DNA of 64,000 nt from positions 310,001 to 374,000 of the forward strand of contig JAPEUD010000012.1 in the NCBI GenBank assembly GCA_026026165.1, in the 5' to 3' direction. Numbering within the stretch: the first letter of the stretch is position 1; the number at the start of each line of letters is the position of its first letter. The notes under the pieces were generated by a model. It was not told the origin of the DNA and did not search any database. It worked only from the letters and a program-made list of their open reading frames with translations. The position numbers and the translations under genes were made by a program. Source of the stretch: Sarea resinae. Lineage: Eukaryota. This document shows, piece by piece, positions 26,949-39,884 of this stretch.

Positions 26949-29009
26949 CTCTCTGTACCTACTCCCAGAGGAAATCTTACACGTGGAGGAGAGAAGGAAA
27001 GGCCGGTCGGCGATGGAGGAGGAGGTAGTAAGGGAAGTAGAGGAAGAAGAGGGACGGCGGGCAATATTGAGTTGAACGTTGTGGTAGGTATCTGTACTTC
27101 GTGGGAGGAGGTTGGGGATGTGCTGGTGTGTAGTTGTGGTGGTAGAGGTGGTAGAGGTGGCAGCAGTGGTGGTAGCGGCGTGCTGGCTCGCCCGGTCGTT
27201 GGTTGGTGCGTTTAGCAGCCCTGGTGGGTGCTGGTGACTGACCGACCACCCTAGCGCCAAGTTGGCTGGCGCGGCACACGGGACCAAGACGGGCAGGTCC
27301 CCTCTGTCACTCTCTCGTCTCTCGACAAGAAAAGCCGATCTGAGCAGTGGCAGAGGCAGTGGTGAGGCCAATGCTGAGCCAGGCACAGGAGCGGGACACG
27401 CGAATTGCCGCTGCGTGCGACGAGTCAAGTGAGCGGAAGAGGGTCTCGTCAACGTGCAGTTCCAAGGAGCGTCGTAGATCGATCGAGCGAGCGGACGAAG
27501 GTCCCGTCTGGGGCAATGGTGAGAGGGGACAATTGGCCGACACTTCGTAATTATTGATTGATGGCCGTGGTCGAGAGATAGCCTGGGCTGCCGACAAACG
27601 GTTCGGCGTTGGTGAGGGCGGGCAGGGAGGTCGGTAGTAGGTATTCGTGGATGCTGAGGAAAGCCCCAATGCTTGCACACTGGACCAGAAAAGGTACACC
27701 TCACTTAGACACTGCCCCGAGCACCAAAAAAGAGAGCTGTCGTTCAGCACCACGGCAGCCGCAGACAGAGCTCTTTCCTATCGGTGCGAAGCAGCAAGCC
27801 GTCCGTTGAAAGAGAGCGGCACGCAGACACGCAGAGGGCCAGCAAGCAAGCAATACCTTAGGCAGGCCGACTAGGTAGACGTTAGGGCTAATTAATACGC
27901 TGAAGGGTTGATGCGATGCGCGGCGTAGTGGTGGCAGGACACTGCCCTTTTACGAAGACGCAGGATGCGTTGCGGGCCGGCGCAAGTTGCAAGGGAGGTA
28001 CGAGACTCCAGAGGGCCAGAGGGGAGGTAGTGGCCGGCCCAGCTGTCGTCTGGAAGGGTAACGAGCAGACACCAACGCTTTAGGCGCAGGAGGGGCGGAC
28101 GAGCGGTGGGCTTTCAAGGATGCAGCTGCTGGTGCAGGTGCATTTGCAGAGGGCAGCAAGTACTGTAGCGAATTGGTAGGTGCAGCTGCTCCAGCAATCT
28201 CAGATCACCTAGTGCCATCGATCAGCCAGACCGAAAGGCGGGACAGGGTGGAGACAGGATGGACGGGGGCAGTACGAAGTCGTCCCAGGTAGGCAAGGCA
28301 GAGGCAGAGGAAAGCGGGATCAGGACTCCAGGAGGGAATAGCGGGACAGCAGAGGAAAGAAGAGGAAAGGTCGTCGAGGGGACCCTGGGGGGCGGGGGTT
28401 GTTTTGGATGAAAGGAAGCTGGTCAACTACCCTTTCGAGGCAAGAGCTGGCTCTAGTTCACAGCGACTACTCTACTGTTGGTGTTCTTGCCGAAGGCACT
28501 CACCATGCGAAATCACATACCCTACCGCGTCTGTTAGATCTCAGAGCATGGGACTTGCTCTGTACGAATGAGGCCGGAAAGTACGAATACATAGTAGGTG
28601 AGAGCGGGCATGGGAACATGGAAGAGCATTGGGGAATCAAGTGAGGAATGGGGCGACAGCAAGAAAATGAAGAAGAATCCGGCGCATACGATACAAAATC
28701 AAAGGATGGAACTACCTGACCGACTGAGCGATTATTGATTATGGATGACCTCCTGCCCTCAGCCATGAGGAGTGACGGATCTGAACCGACTGATTTCGCA
28801 TTAGAGCTCAAGGGGGAACCACGACACCTTCGAGCTCGAAGCTCCGAGCTCCGGGTCGGACTTCGTAGTGATACTTTGCAACATCTGTCTTCGGCCTCAC
28901 GGGCCCCTACAATCGCTGAGCCGGCAAGAAGTCGCAGTACCTGCGCAACGAAAGCGAGCCAGGTAGACGGGCAGGTACTGCGGACCTCAGAGCGTGAGCG
29001 AGCAAGCAA

Positions 29010-29320
29010 AGCATGGAGCGTGAGCGTGAGCGTGTGAGCGTGTGTGGGCGTGTGTGAGCGTGTGTGAGCGTGGTAGGCGTGGTCGTGGGCAAGTTAGCAG
29101 CAAGGGCCGGTTGTGCTTGCTTCTGGGCTGCAGTGACAGGCTGCCATTCCCTGCCACGGCCTGCCAGCCCCCTGCCCCAAAGTGTCCAAAGTATCCCAAG
29201 CATCCCAAGCCTCCAATCTGTGTCCCTTCCCAGTCATCCCAGTCATCCCAGTCATCCCAAGCCCGCAACTGCACTCGCTGCACTCACTGCACCCACTGCA
29301 CCCACTGCACCCACTGCACG
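29010..29320. repeat. Compound low-complexity region: GAGCGT/GT repeats followed by 9-bp tandem units
   Basis: ccaaagtgt/ccaaagtat/cccaagcat, (cccagtcat)3, cactcgctg/cactcactg/(cacccactg)3. Confidence 0.85.
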
Positions 29321-32300
29321 CAAGCAAGCGAGCAAAGGATAACAGGGATGGGCCCCACCATCGATTTGCGAATGGAACTGACAAGTCCGATCGGAACTTG
29401 TACTTACCGCACCGGACGTACAAAGTACTCTGGTCGTATCCAATGTACCTGACCCGACCCATGTAAAGCACCCAGTTCACTCATTAGATGTCCGCTGCTC
29501 GAGTATTCGTACTCCATACTCCTCCGTGCCGCGAGTACAGCCCATACAGTGCTCCGGTCATATGGCGATTGTCACCACCATGGCGGATGTAAGGTCGACG
29601 AGGTACCTGAGGAAAAGCCAGCATCACTGAAGCAGCGTAGGAAGGTTGCACCTATACGAGTAGAGTGATTATGCAAGAAGAATAACCATGAGGATACGGT
29701 GCAGTCGGGTAACAGTAAGATAGGCAATCAGCGAGATGGCCAATTGGGATTCCGTCAAACCTTCATTCTTTGTTTACGTCGTGATTCAATTGGCCCGCAG
29801 CAATCGTGCAAAGCTCTTCTGGCATGCGTTGAACCTGCTCCTCAGAGCTCCACATACTGCCTCCCTACGCTGAACCCTGACCCGTGTGAGAAGGCTTCAT
29901 CACCGATCCTGGACGGTGTGGCGTAACCGTTGCTCGGAAAGAGGCAGTCGCGGTGGACATACAAACCGACAGAGAGACAACTTCAAAACGCGGCTGGCGT
30001 CGAAGCAGAGGAATGTAGGTAGTTTGTACTCCGAAGGAGATATTCTCGTTCGCGCGCATGCCAAAGCTGATCTGAGTAAAGTCCACAGGCGAGTGGGTGC
30101 GGAGATGGATGGCAAAATGCTGGAAAGCTACGGAGTAGCCCGCCCCCTAGTGACAAAAGCGTGGGGAAAGAGTGGCCCTCACTGGCGAAGAGAGACGCTG
30201 CCTCGTTGGCGCATCCTTCTTCGGTGCCCGCCGCGCGCCCCTGAAATGGCTCCAGACGGAAACCCAGTGGATCAAGGATTGGAAAGAGGTTAGCAGTACA
30301 TAGTAGGTGCTCCAGTATCCATGGGCATAGCACAAACTACGGACCCCAAGATGTCCTAGGCTGATCCGGGCCCATGAGAGCTGTCCGCCTCGAAATTTGG
30401 AGACGAGAGCCTTGACCGAGGTCTCTTAGCTCTCGAGGAGCCAACATCCCACCATCGAGGTAGGAAGGTAAGGAAGGGTAAGGTAGGTACCTGTTCTCTA
30501 CCTCCACGGGCAAGAGGCGTATCAACGGGCGTGACCATCGCACACCTGATTAGAAGATGAGCCGCTGACTTGGCTTACACACATTGACACTATCCCTATC
30601 TCACCCTGCTCTCCTTCACAGACCACTGTACACGAATTACCGGTAACATGTCAACTTGACACTGGCTGTGTTTGCGAGCAGGAGGAACAGGGGGATTGGC
30701 TATTCGCGTGGGGCGACGGAGAGAACGGTACCACATCTTCGATTCGCGACTGCTCTCCATTGCGCGAACAAGTCGGACAGAATCAGTAGATCCGTAGTGA
30801 GTGATCTATGAGCTAGGAGCAGTGGAACGGTCCAACAATAGCAATACGAGACAGTCCAGTCAGAATCATCCCTTGAGGGCAAACTAATCCGCAAAGAGTG
30901 ATGGAGTCGTTCTACACACGTCAAGGATAAGGATGGTGTGTTAAATGTTTATACGCCACCACCACTACCATCCATCAGTCAGGACTCGGTGAATTCGTGA
31001 TGAGCGAGGAAGATCGGTGTGCACCTCATCGGGGGCTAAGCTAAGGTACGTTATGCGCTGGCACTCGGACGAGGCGCTATAGCCGAATCGCCTCTCAGTG
31101 GTGGCAGGTGAGCGAATGGTCAGTGAAGTGGTCACGAAGACGTTCTTCTTTGACCGGAAATTATCGTGAGATTCATCTGTCTCAGCACTGAACTGATTCA
31201 TTGGAATCAGGAGGTCTGTCCGGATGAAGAGGTACATCGTACAATCTCAAAATCCAAGTCCTGACGGATTGACGTCTTGGCGAGAGGTGAATCTCTGAGG
31301 CAGGCGGAGGCTACTAAGCATGGTCCTCGTCATCTCGTCATACCGCCTACCTAGTAGGTTCTGCCCTCTACCTTCATTCTTGAATAATGCGAGCCTCGGC
31401 CACGGAAGATGGAAATTTGCCTTTTTCTCCTTCAGCTTCGAGGTTTCGAGTCTTTGTGGCTTGCACAATTGTCAAAGATGCGGCACAGCGATCGAGGGTG
31501 ATTGGATAGATCAGGACCCGCTGCCCTTTCGAAGTTCATGTGTCCACTTCTTACTCGTTTCACAAAGCAAAGCGATCGAAATCCCTCTCCAGTTCCGATA
31601 ACGCAATTCATTGGACTTTGATGCACCATTTTTCGGAATCTGCTACCGGCTCTAGATTTTTATCGATCTGAGGAATGTTCGGCATGCCTCCCGTCCCCTG
31701 CGGCCGACTCTGATGTTGCTACTCAATAAGATTGAAACCTGGAGCGAAGATATCCAGGCGCTCCACAGGAGACTTCGATGCTCCCTACATATAACAGTCG
31801 TTCATTATAGACTAGACGAACGTCCGAGAAGGGCAGAGAGAAACAATCCAATAGCCGGTGCGCTCAGTCTCGGATCATCAAGTGGCTCTAGCTCCATGGA
31901 AAGATGTTAGAATTAACTCTCACGTCAATGATTACGGAGCCACGGGTTGGCAACAACCACCCACGCGCTCTGTTCAGAGACACTTGACGTGGCCATCACT
32001 AAGCGAGGAATTCTTCAATACCACATTGCCTCCCCGTATCTCTGATTGTTCGTAAAATCTCGGTATCACGAGGCACGGGTCAGTATTCGTCACAGATATC
32101 TTTGAAACGACAGGATTGCGGAGCTCTCGATCTCCTTGCATGCTGGTGGCGTCTCGTCCGTGATTTGGGTAAACGCCGTGGTTGCATCGTGGGGAGCAGA
32201 GATCAACACTGGGACTGCAAGGGCAACGCGAAGTTCGCATGGGCTGAGGCAATGCAATGCGAGATTTAAACTCGCAGTGCATCACAAGCGAGCGATGGCT

Positions 32301-35300
32301 CTCCATCTCGAAGTCCTGAGACCGTATCCACAGGACACGGCGCGCACAGACGGCTTGTCGCCAACAAAGGCTGGATGTGTCAGTCCGTATGTAAGGTATG
32401 GTATGTATGGTATGCGTGGGATTATGGGGTTACGGGGTAGGATCTTGTTGATGCATTTGATCTCTGAGCCTCTGATTCCATAGCCATGGTCGCCTACTCT
32501 CCCCACAGCATCGACTCATGAAGTACGTCTCAGGCATTCTTTATCTGATCATCACAATAAATCCCGTGGCCCAATCGACAGTCATGGCGAACATCGAGAG
32601 TCTAGTCAGACGGCACTCAGAGGAGCCGCTCGGGCGAGGTCTTGAAAGGCTTCACTTTCCTGCCATACCCTTCCTCTGCGGCAGCCTCTACTTGAACTTC
32701 AAAGACGAGAGGACATGCTTCTCCTCCTTCAGCGGGCCGGACGTTCTACATGAACCTAATGGAAGATCTATCACGAAACCTTACTAAACCGTTCTAGGGT
32801 TTTGTACATGATGCAATGATGACTTTATGAATTCACGCCTTTTATCATGCAAACTCTTTTTGGCGCTGTATCACAAATATGCTCATCCGTTCCGGTACTG
32901 CCATGCTTGTCGCGATATCATCTTAAATCTGCGCTGCTTACCCGCGAGACGTCGGTGCCATTTGCTGCAGCCTCCCTCCTTCGAGTGGCCCGTTTTGTCT
33001 ATCGCGAAATCGATATCGGTCATGTCCCTGTGCTATTCAAGCGATACCAGACGTATCATTGCGAAGGCCATTGGCCTGCTGCGAGTAAGTAGATGGGAAA
33101 GATAGGCCAGATGGCAGTCAGGCCAGCCATCAGCCATCAACGAGGCACAGGCCAGCAGTGGATCCACGTAGCGGACGCCCGCCGACCCTGCACCTGTTGG
33201 TATCCGGCGTTAGCTCTTGCTCCCCTGCCCATTCGCGCCTCTTTCACTGGCCATTCTGCCACTCATTTGCCAAGTCTCAGCTGCGGAGAATCCGCTCTGC
33301 ATATGCGAGTGTAGGAGCCGTTTCCGGCCAATCTAGCAAGGATCTAGTTGAACTACGTTTCACTGGAAAAGAGTTGGAAACACCCTTTCCTGATCGTCCT
33401 TCCCGTGAGCAAGCAGCGGCTGGGCGTGAGATGGGCTGGTCGGAAGGTCGATCGACGGAGCAAGAGTGTGCTCTGTACGTACACACCTTACCCTCTGTGG
33501 AAGGGCTAACGATCAACCAAAGTAAGGTCCGTCAATCAGTCCTGCGAAGTGGGGAGTCACTGGTGAGCGCATGGATCCTCGACGAGAGAGAGGGCCGGGG
33601 TCGGTCGTAGTTCAGATGATTTTTCTGATTCTTCAGCATTGCTTGCTCGCCAGACTTCCAATCATCGTCGACCACGTCTTTCAGCCCCCAGCCGCCGTTA
33701 TCGGGTCCAGTCACACTGGCGCTTGGCAGGGCAAGCCACTGAGCTGTCGTCTACGGCACAAGACAGGAAGCGTGGCAGGAACTGCCAGATCCTGTGAAAC
33801 TTGTCTTATCGAGCCGGGCGTGGACGGCTTGAGGGAGAGGAGCAAAGATGTGGTCAGGATCACATTGCGGCCAGTTGATCGACATTGATTACGATTGGGA
33901 CCGACCGATTCGATTTGAATACAGCAAAGCGGCAGATGCCCACCGTTTACTTGCTTCGAGTCGTTTGCCCCGTCTGTGGACGGATCGTGCTGAATCTGTT
34001 TGACTGCCGATTGGTGTATTTCTTCTCGTCGTCTTTGCCTACGAGTATGGACTCGTGAGGTGCGGAGCGGGTACGATTACTGACTGTGACTGCTTCTCTC
34101 TCAGGTGGCTGGAAAACAATCCTCTCACCGCCGATTGCGTTGTTGACGGCCTCGGTTAGAATATCAAAATTCATTGTGGAAGACACCCCTGCTGAAAATC
34201 TGAATGCTTCAATCCTCTCCTCCGGAAAAGTCAGAACGGTTTGGGCATTCGGCTCCACCTTCTGTCCTCACATGTCTTGAGCAGATGGGTATTGGTGCAA
34301 ACTATGCCGTACTGCAAGGCTTCATTATTACTTGTGCAATAATCGGGGGATTTCCTCTAGCTGGTTATACGATACGGACCCGATCGTGGCTAGTGAACGC
34401 TGCTCCACCCGTCAGGGCGTGATGCACAGAATCAAGGTACTCGCAGTAAACACACTGCTAGCAATTTACCCGCACAAGGATCCGTGATCTTATGATTTCT
34501 CCTTCAAGCCTCGAAATCGTTTGCAGGAGTGAAACTAAACCGTACAGACTGGCCTCTACAGTACTAGATTACCTAAGGCCTCCCGCAATATCCGCTTTAG
34601 GGACCCTGGGCAAGGCGCAATGATCTTCAGTGCATTGTGACACGAGAACTAGCTGCCGACGAGGAGGTATCACCATCGATCCGCCGACAATCAACCTTTT
34701 GGCCGACGGTCCTCGGCGTCAGCGTCAGAACGTTGTTCGCCACCGGCACGACACGAGTACCGAGGGTCCTTTGATGGCGATTAGGAAATTGGACTCATCA
34801 TCTTCACGCCATCTGACGGGACATCTGTCGTCGTTGCACGAAGATTCAGATGAATTTCATACACCGTCTTTCTTGGTGATCGAATATCAAGTCACGAAGA
34901 TGGGCCAATGTGGCTTTTGTTTGAAGGCTTAGATCAACCTCCCCACCCCCTTGCGTAAGGATGCAACCGTGGCTTGCCGTGCTTTATGCATTGCATCGAC
35001 CACAGGTGCATTAAGCTCGCGGACGATGATGTATGTACGTGTGTGGTCAGTTTGATTATGTCTGTGTGCATGTATGTAGAGGCACGACACACTTGCATTG
35101 CAGTCAGAAAACCAGTCCAATTGTTGATGAATGAAACGGCGTCTGGGTCTTTCATGCCGGCGAAAAAGCATGCAAACGGCACGGCGTCAGAGGCCATTTG
35201 TGGGGAATACATATCGATTTGCCCTGCAATAATTTGGTCAGCTATGATTCTAGATGAGATACTGAAAATGACGAACATAGTTCTCTACTCTATCCGAAAA

Positions 35301-37271
35301 GGCTACTCACCGTTCGTCGCGGACTCTCACCCGGAGCACGAAACACGAAATCATTGTATGGTAAGGTAAAGTAGGTTCGATGATTTTTATTCCATTCAAG
35401 TGACATATATATCCAAAAAGCTTTTTATCATGGTCGCAATCAAATCGGCATTTATTGTTCGGCGTTTACTAACATATTCTCTATTATCACTGCTTGTCCA
35501 AGTGAGGCATTATTTATTCATCGTTGACAACGGCAACCGGCCACATCATTGCGCCGTCGGATAGTCTTGACCTCCCCGAGTCGAGATCGTCTGACGAGTA
35601 TGCTGCGCCCCCACCACGCGACCCAAGATTGCGACCGACCTCCAAGTTTCAATCGGAGTAAGCAGAGTGCGTAGATTGACAATTTCATATCGAATATGCT
35701 TGCCATACCTATGACTGAAGATCGCGGATTGAAACGTGAAACGGGACGATCAATCGAGCAGGTCTACCGCACACAACAAGGAAGGCGGAATCTCACCGCT
35801 CAGTGTCAATCATCATGTCTTCGCATCCGACCGGCATCTTCACCCGTCACCTCGAACAGGATTGCATAGCTGTACTGGCAGCTATTGCGGCTATCACGTC
35901 TCTTCCGTTGCTACGCTGGGTCTATCACGACTACAGAGATTAGCTTTTTCCTCAGCGTGGGCGGTCTTCCACAAGTCCCATTAGCTAGGCTTTTTAATCT
36001 TTGAGCGCCGAACCCTTTGGCTCGTCATGTTATCATGACACTGATAACGTCTCAAAGGGCGAAGAGATAGGTGAGAGATATTTCCTGGAAGAGGATGGAG
36101 GATTGCAGCCTCGAGGAGGCAGTAGGCTGTAGTTCGGCCCTTGGATTCTGTCGCAGAGATGGATCACCTATATAAGCGCGGCAGCTGAGCGCGAGGTATG
36201 CGCCTTGTACAGATTATCTCTCTGCAATATATGCTAAAGGAACACATAGAAACATAGTCTAGAATTCGATGCCATCGCAACAGTAAACAGTGATATTGTC
36301 GAAGTGAAGACTTCCGGCCTCCAACTCCGTGGCCCCGCCATCTTCCTCAAGGACTCGATTCCACCTCCAAAAGCCACAGCTGCGCAAACACAAGGAGAAA
36401 TCACGCATACTCCTTCCCAGGTTGATCGGAATATTCACGTAGATCTTTCTTGCGTGCGTGCCAAATTGGTGCTTTGGGATGGAGCAGGAAACACAGGCTG
36501 GCTCGGCGAAGTCTGCCACTGAACCATATTCTAATGTATTGCCCGCAGAGTGAGGAGGGGCATCAGGACGGCCAGGCGTATCATGAATTGCGGTGCAATT
36601 TATGAGCGGAGGGAGAGAGGTAAAGGAATCTTGATACTGTGTTTGCTTGGGCGATTGTCTTTCATGTGGGTATAGGGGCCGACCAATGCCATGCCAATTA
36701 CTGAATATTACTTATTTCTATGAGCTCGATAGGGGCAGACTCTCAGTGACTGTAGCAATGATGGCAGTGAAGACACCATGCCGCAGTTATAACTCTACAT
36801 TTGACTGTTGCGATGGTGAACATGAAGGAGCTAGAATCCGAAAAAGGGTGGGGGCCTCGGCCCTATCGACAAAGCGATTGACAATGCTGAGATAAGATAA
36901 GATCAAGACACTGCTGCTTTTGGAAAGCTAAGATAAGATAACGTCATGGACCGTCAACAACGAGCGAATTAGCTTCTTCGGCCTCTGTATCAAAGCCCGT
37001 TTTTCTTGCCTCATCATCATTCCTTTTCTTGAGCAAGTAATGTAGCAAGGCGCAGACATCGCGGCTCCATTTTTTTTCATTTCGGCTGGACCGCACGGTC
37101 TGTGAAAGGTTCTGGATTCATCATCACGTCCATTTTCACCAATGCGAGCGGACATTAAGTAATGTTGCCCCTCCCCCGCCTCCCGCAAACCCCTCCACAA
37201 CATCTTCATAACATTTGCAGCACCAAGGCAATCGCGGTCGAATCGATAAGCGCGACCATAGCCCGTACGGA

Positions 37272-38366
37272 ATGCCTCCCGACAGGACCCTAAATCCGAA
37301 TTCCACTCCCCGCTTCGATCCCTACAATTCAAGCGCAACCGGTCACCAAGTCGCGGACAACCGCCTCGGGCGCTCTATCGCCTGGGCGCAGTCACGCACC
37401 ACGAAGCTCTCTGCCCAGTTCTCTGCTGGCTATGGTGGCGGACGGCGCGTGGCTGATACTGTGGGCGCGGGGTCTGAGGATTTTGGGAAGGATGGGCGAA
37501 ATGAGAGGGGAGGGTGGGAGAGGGGTGCGTCTGGGTTGAGGGGCAGGGGACAGAGGGCGCTTGGGGAATTTTTTGCCGTGGGGAAGATAAAGGGGAGTGG
37601 AGAGCTAGAAGGAAAGCGTTTCAATGAGGACGACGACGAGAGCGTAAAGGTGAAGTCGTCAGCGACCGAAGACGATATCCACTGGATGGATCACCAGCAC
37701 GCGCAAGACGACACAGCAAAAATACCATTCCCCCAATTCAACGGCACCACCGCACCTCTGAGCCACCCCTCATCTCAGCCCTCGCAGAAACCAAAACAGC
37801 TCTTTGCCCACCTGAATATCTACATAAACGGCTCGACCGCGCCACTAATATCCGACCACCGTCTCAAACACCTCCTTGCAACCCACGGAGCACACTACGC
37901 CATCTCGCCGGGAAAGAGAGTGACGCATATCATCCTCGGCACGAGAGAGAGCAGAGGCCTAGCGGCCTCGTTAGCAGCGACGAAAGTGCAGAGAGAGATT
38001 TCGCGTCGGAGGGTTGGCACGGTCAGATATGTCTGCGTCGAGTGGTATGTAATTCCATCATCTTTTTTCTTGCGCGAATCCCATGCCCATGTCTGCGACA
38101 GCCCGGAAGCGGTGACTCCTGCTGAAGTGTATGTGCTATCTAGGGTCCTCGAGAGTATCAAAGCCGGCGTCCGACTTCCCGAAAGCCGATTCAAGCCATC
38201 GTTACCCACGGCCGCGAAGAAGAACGAGAAGAGCGTATATGAGGTGTTTGGTGGAGACAAGCGAGGCAGCTGTATTGATGATAAAGAGGGTGCTGATAAG
38301 GGTGGGCGAGATGGAGATGAAGATGGCAGAGATAGCAGTACTGGGGAGGGAGGGCCAGGTAGATAA
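37272..38366 (+). CDS. Small stand-alone BRCT-domain protein (Rev1-type BRCT); exons 37272-38044, 38144-38366
   Basis: FDPYNSSATGHQ motif, then LFAHLNIYINGSTAPLISDHRLKHLLATHGA..VTHIILG..YVCVEWVLESIKAGVRLPESRF after removing intron GTATGT..CTAG 38045-38143. Confidence 0.85.
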   Translation: MPPDRTLNPNSTPRFDPYNSSATGHQVADNRLGRSIAWAQSRTTKLSAQFSAGYGGGRRVADTVGAGSEDFGKDGRNERGGWERGASGLRGRGQRALGEFFAVGKIKGSGELEGKRFNEDDDESVKVKSSATEDDIHWMDHQHAQDDTAKIPFPQFNGTTAPLSHPSSQPSQKPKQLFAHLNIYINGSTAPLISDHRLKHLLATHGAHYAISPGKRVTHIILGTRESRGLAASLAATKVQREISRRRVGTVRYVCVEWYVIPSSFFLRESHAHVCDSPEAVTPAEVYVLSRVLESIKAGVRLPESRFKPSLPTAAKKNEKSVYEVFGGDKRGSCIDDKEGADKGGRDGDEDGRDSSTGEGGPGR

Positions 38367-38829
38367 TTCTCTTAGCTCTCTTCTGGCATAGCATCCACTC
38401 GCGGCGCCTTCTTCTCTTAAACCACCCCCGCCACCACCACCAGCAGACGCAAAACAAAAGGCACAAACAAGCGCATAAAAGGCGTCGACTGACAATACTA
38501 CCATAGGCACTGTTACACCAAAATAACAGACTCACTGCCTACAAATACTCACCACCCACCACTCAACCACCCATCCTTTTCCCTCATGCCTCCATGCCCG
38601 CCCAGGACACCGATCACAGTTACAATCATTATCACAATCACAGTCACGATTCCTATATTCTCAATCCCTACACTAGTCATCAATGGGAAGCAACTCTGTA
38701 TGGATAGATAGATGAACAAAAAATATAATACGTACAATTATACATGCAATTTTATTGTTCTCGATAGATGACTACTGTCAATAGCCAATAGCCAAGATTA
38801 CGTGCAAATGGAGTGTAATTAGAAAAGAT

Positions 38830-38863
38830 AGAGAGAGAGAGAGGGAGAGAGGGAGAGAGAGAA

Positions 38864-38952
<89 letters not shown>
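38830..38952. repeat. Compound (GA)n(GT)n microsatellite
   Basis: Direct read. Confidence 0.97.
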
Positions 38953-38956
<4 letters not shown>

Positions 38957-39884
38957 CCCATTAAGGAGAGGGGGAAAAGAGGGAATAGATGCAATATAAA
39001 CGCATCCCTCTCTTTTCTTCTCTCTGTCGATCACTTCTCTTTCTCTTTCCTTGATTTCTTAGTCTACCACGTGCACCATCTAACTCTCTCTCATCCACCC
39101 TTTTATCTACCCCCTCTCTTACCTACCACCAACCACCTACCTACCACCCACCCCTCTTACCAACAGACCATCCAGCCCTTTCCCCCTCCTACCCCCTTCT
39201 CTCCTGCCATCCTCCCCCCCTTCCCCCCACCCATATACAGATATGCCCATTCAGATTCAGATGCAGATTCAGATTTCGTACCTTCAATACCTTCAACACC
39301 CCCAACACCCTTTTCTTCTCTAGTCGGTTACTCTTATTCATTCGCCCATTGAACAAGTATCAATAGCACGTTCATAGCCATAGTGTAATACTACACTACT
39401 ATAGAAGGATCCATAGGATACGATACCCCTGGGGATAGAAAGGATAGAAAAATAGGGCTAGGGATAGAAGTATAGAGAGGGAGAGAGACCACTTGAAGAC
39501 AATCCATCAAATCCCTGAACCCGTCATTGACGCATCTAGATATATCTGCTGCTGTCGTTGCCGTGACCGTCGTCGTCGTTGCCACAACCAATAACCCCAG
39601 AAAATCCAGTCACGAACAAAGACGACGACGAGCTCGGGACGCAGACGCAGACTCAGACTCAGAGCGAACGTCACCAACCCAATCAGTCACTCACTAACTC
39701 ACTCGCTCACTCCCATGCCTACTCACTCACTTAGGCCCCCAACCCTTCCCGCTCAATCCCTCTAGCCAATCTTCCAACTTCCACCGCCTGATCCATCTAC
39801 TTCAAACCCCTCATACCCCTTCCCCCTATCCTCTTCCCCCTTTCCCCTTGCCCCACCCACACCAACCCACCTCTCAACCGCCTC

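Noticed and set aside
26838..27704. 288-aa minus-strand ORF upstream of stuA
   Set aside because: Non-AUG start, low-complexity composition, no recognisable domain; overlaps the predicted leader and its intron
28907..29480. Overlapping ORFs with CTHCTHCTH or WDDWDD repeats, resembling metal-binding peptides
   Set aside because: All frames are open because of the 9-bp tandem repeats; no splice or codon support
26000..31000. StuA autoregulatory (A/T)CGCG(T/A)N(A/C) sites
   Set aside because: The CGCG cores I checked (about 27398, 30704, 30744) do not meet the full consensus on either strand; scan was not exhaustive
36133..36522. Possible small plus-strand gene (intron-like GTATGC..GCTAAA..CATAG 36196-36249, then a 90-codon open frame)
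   Set aside because: No in-frame start could be connected and no recognisable motif; left unannotated
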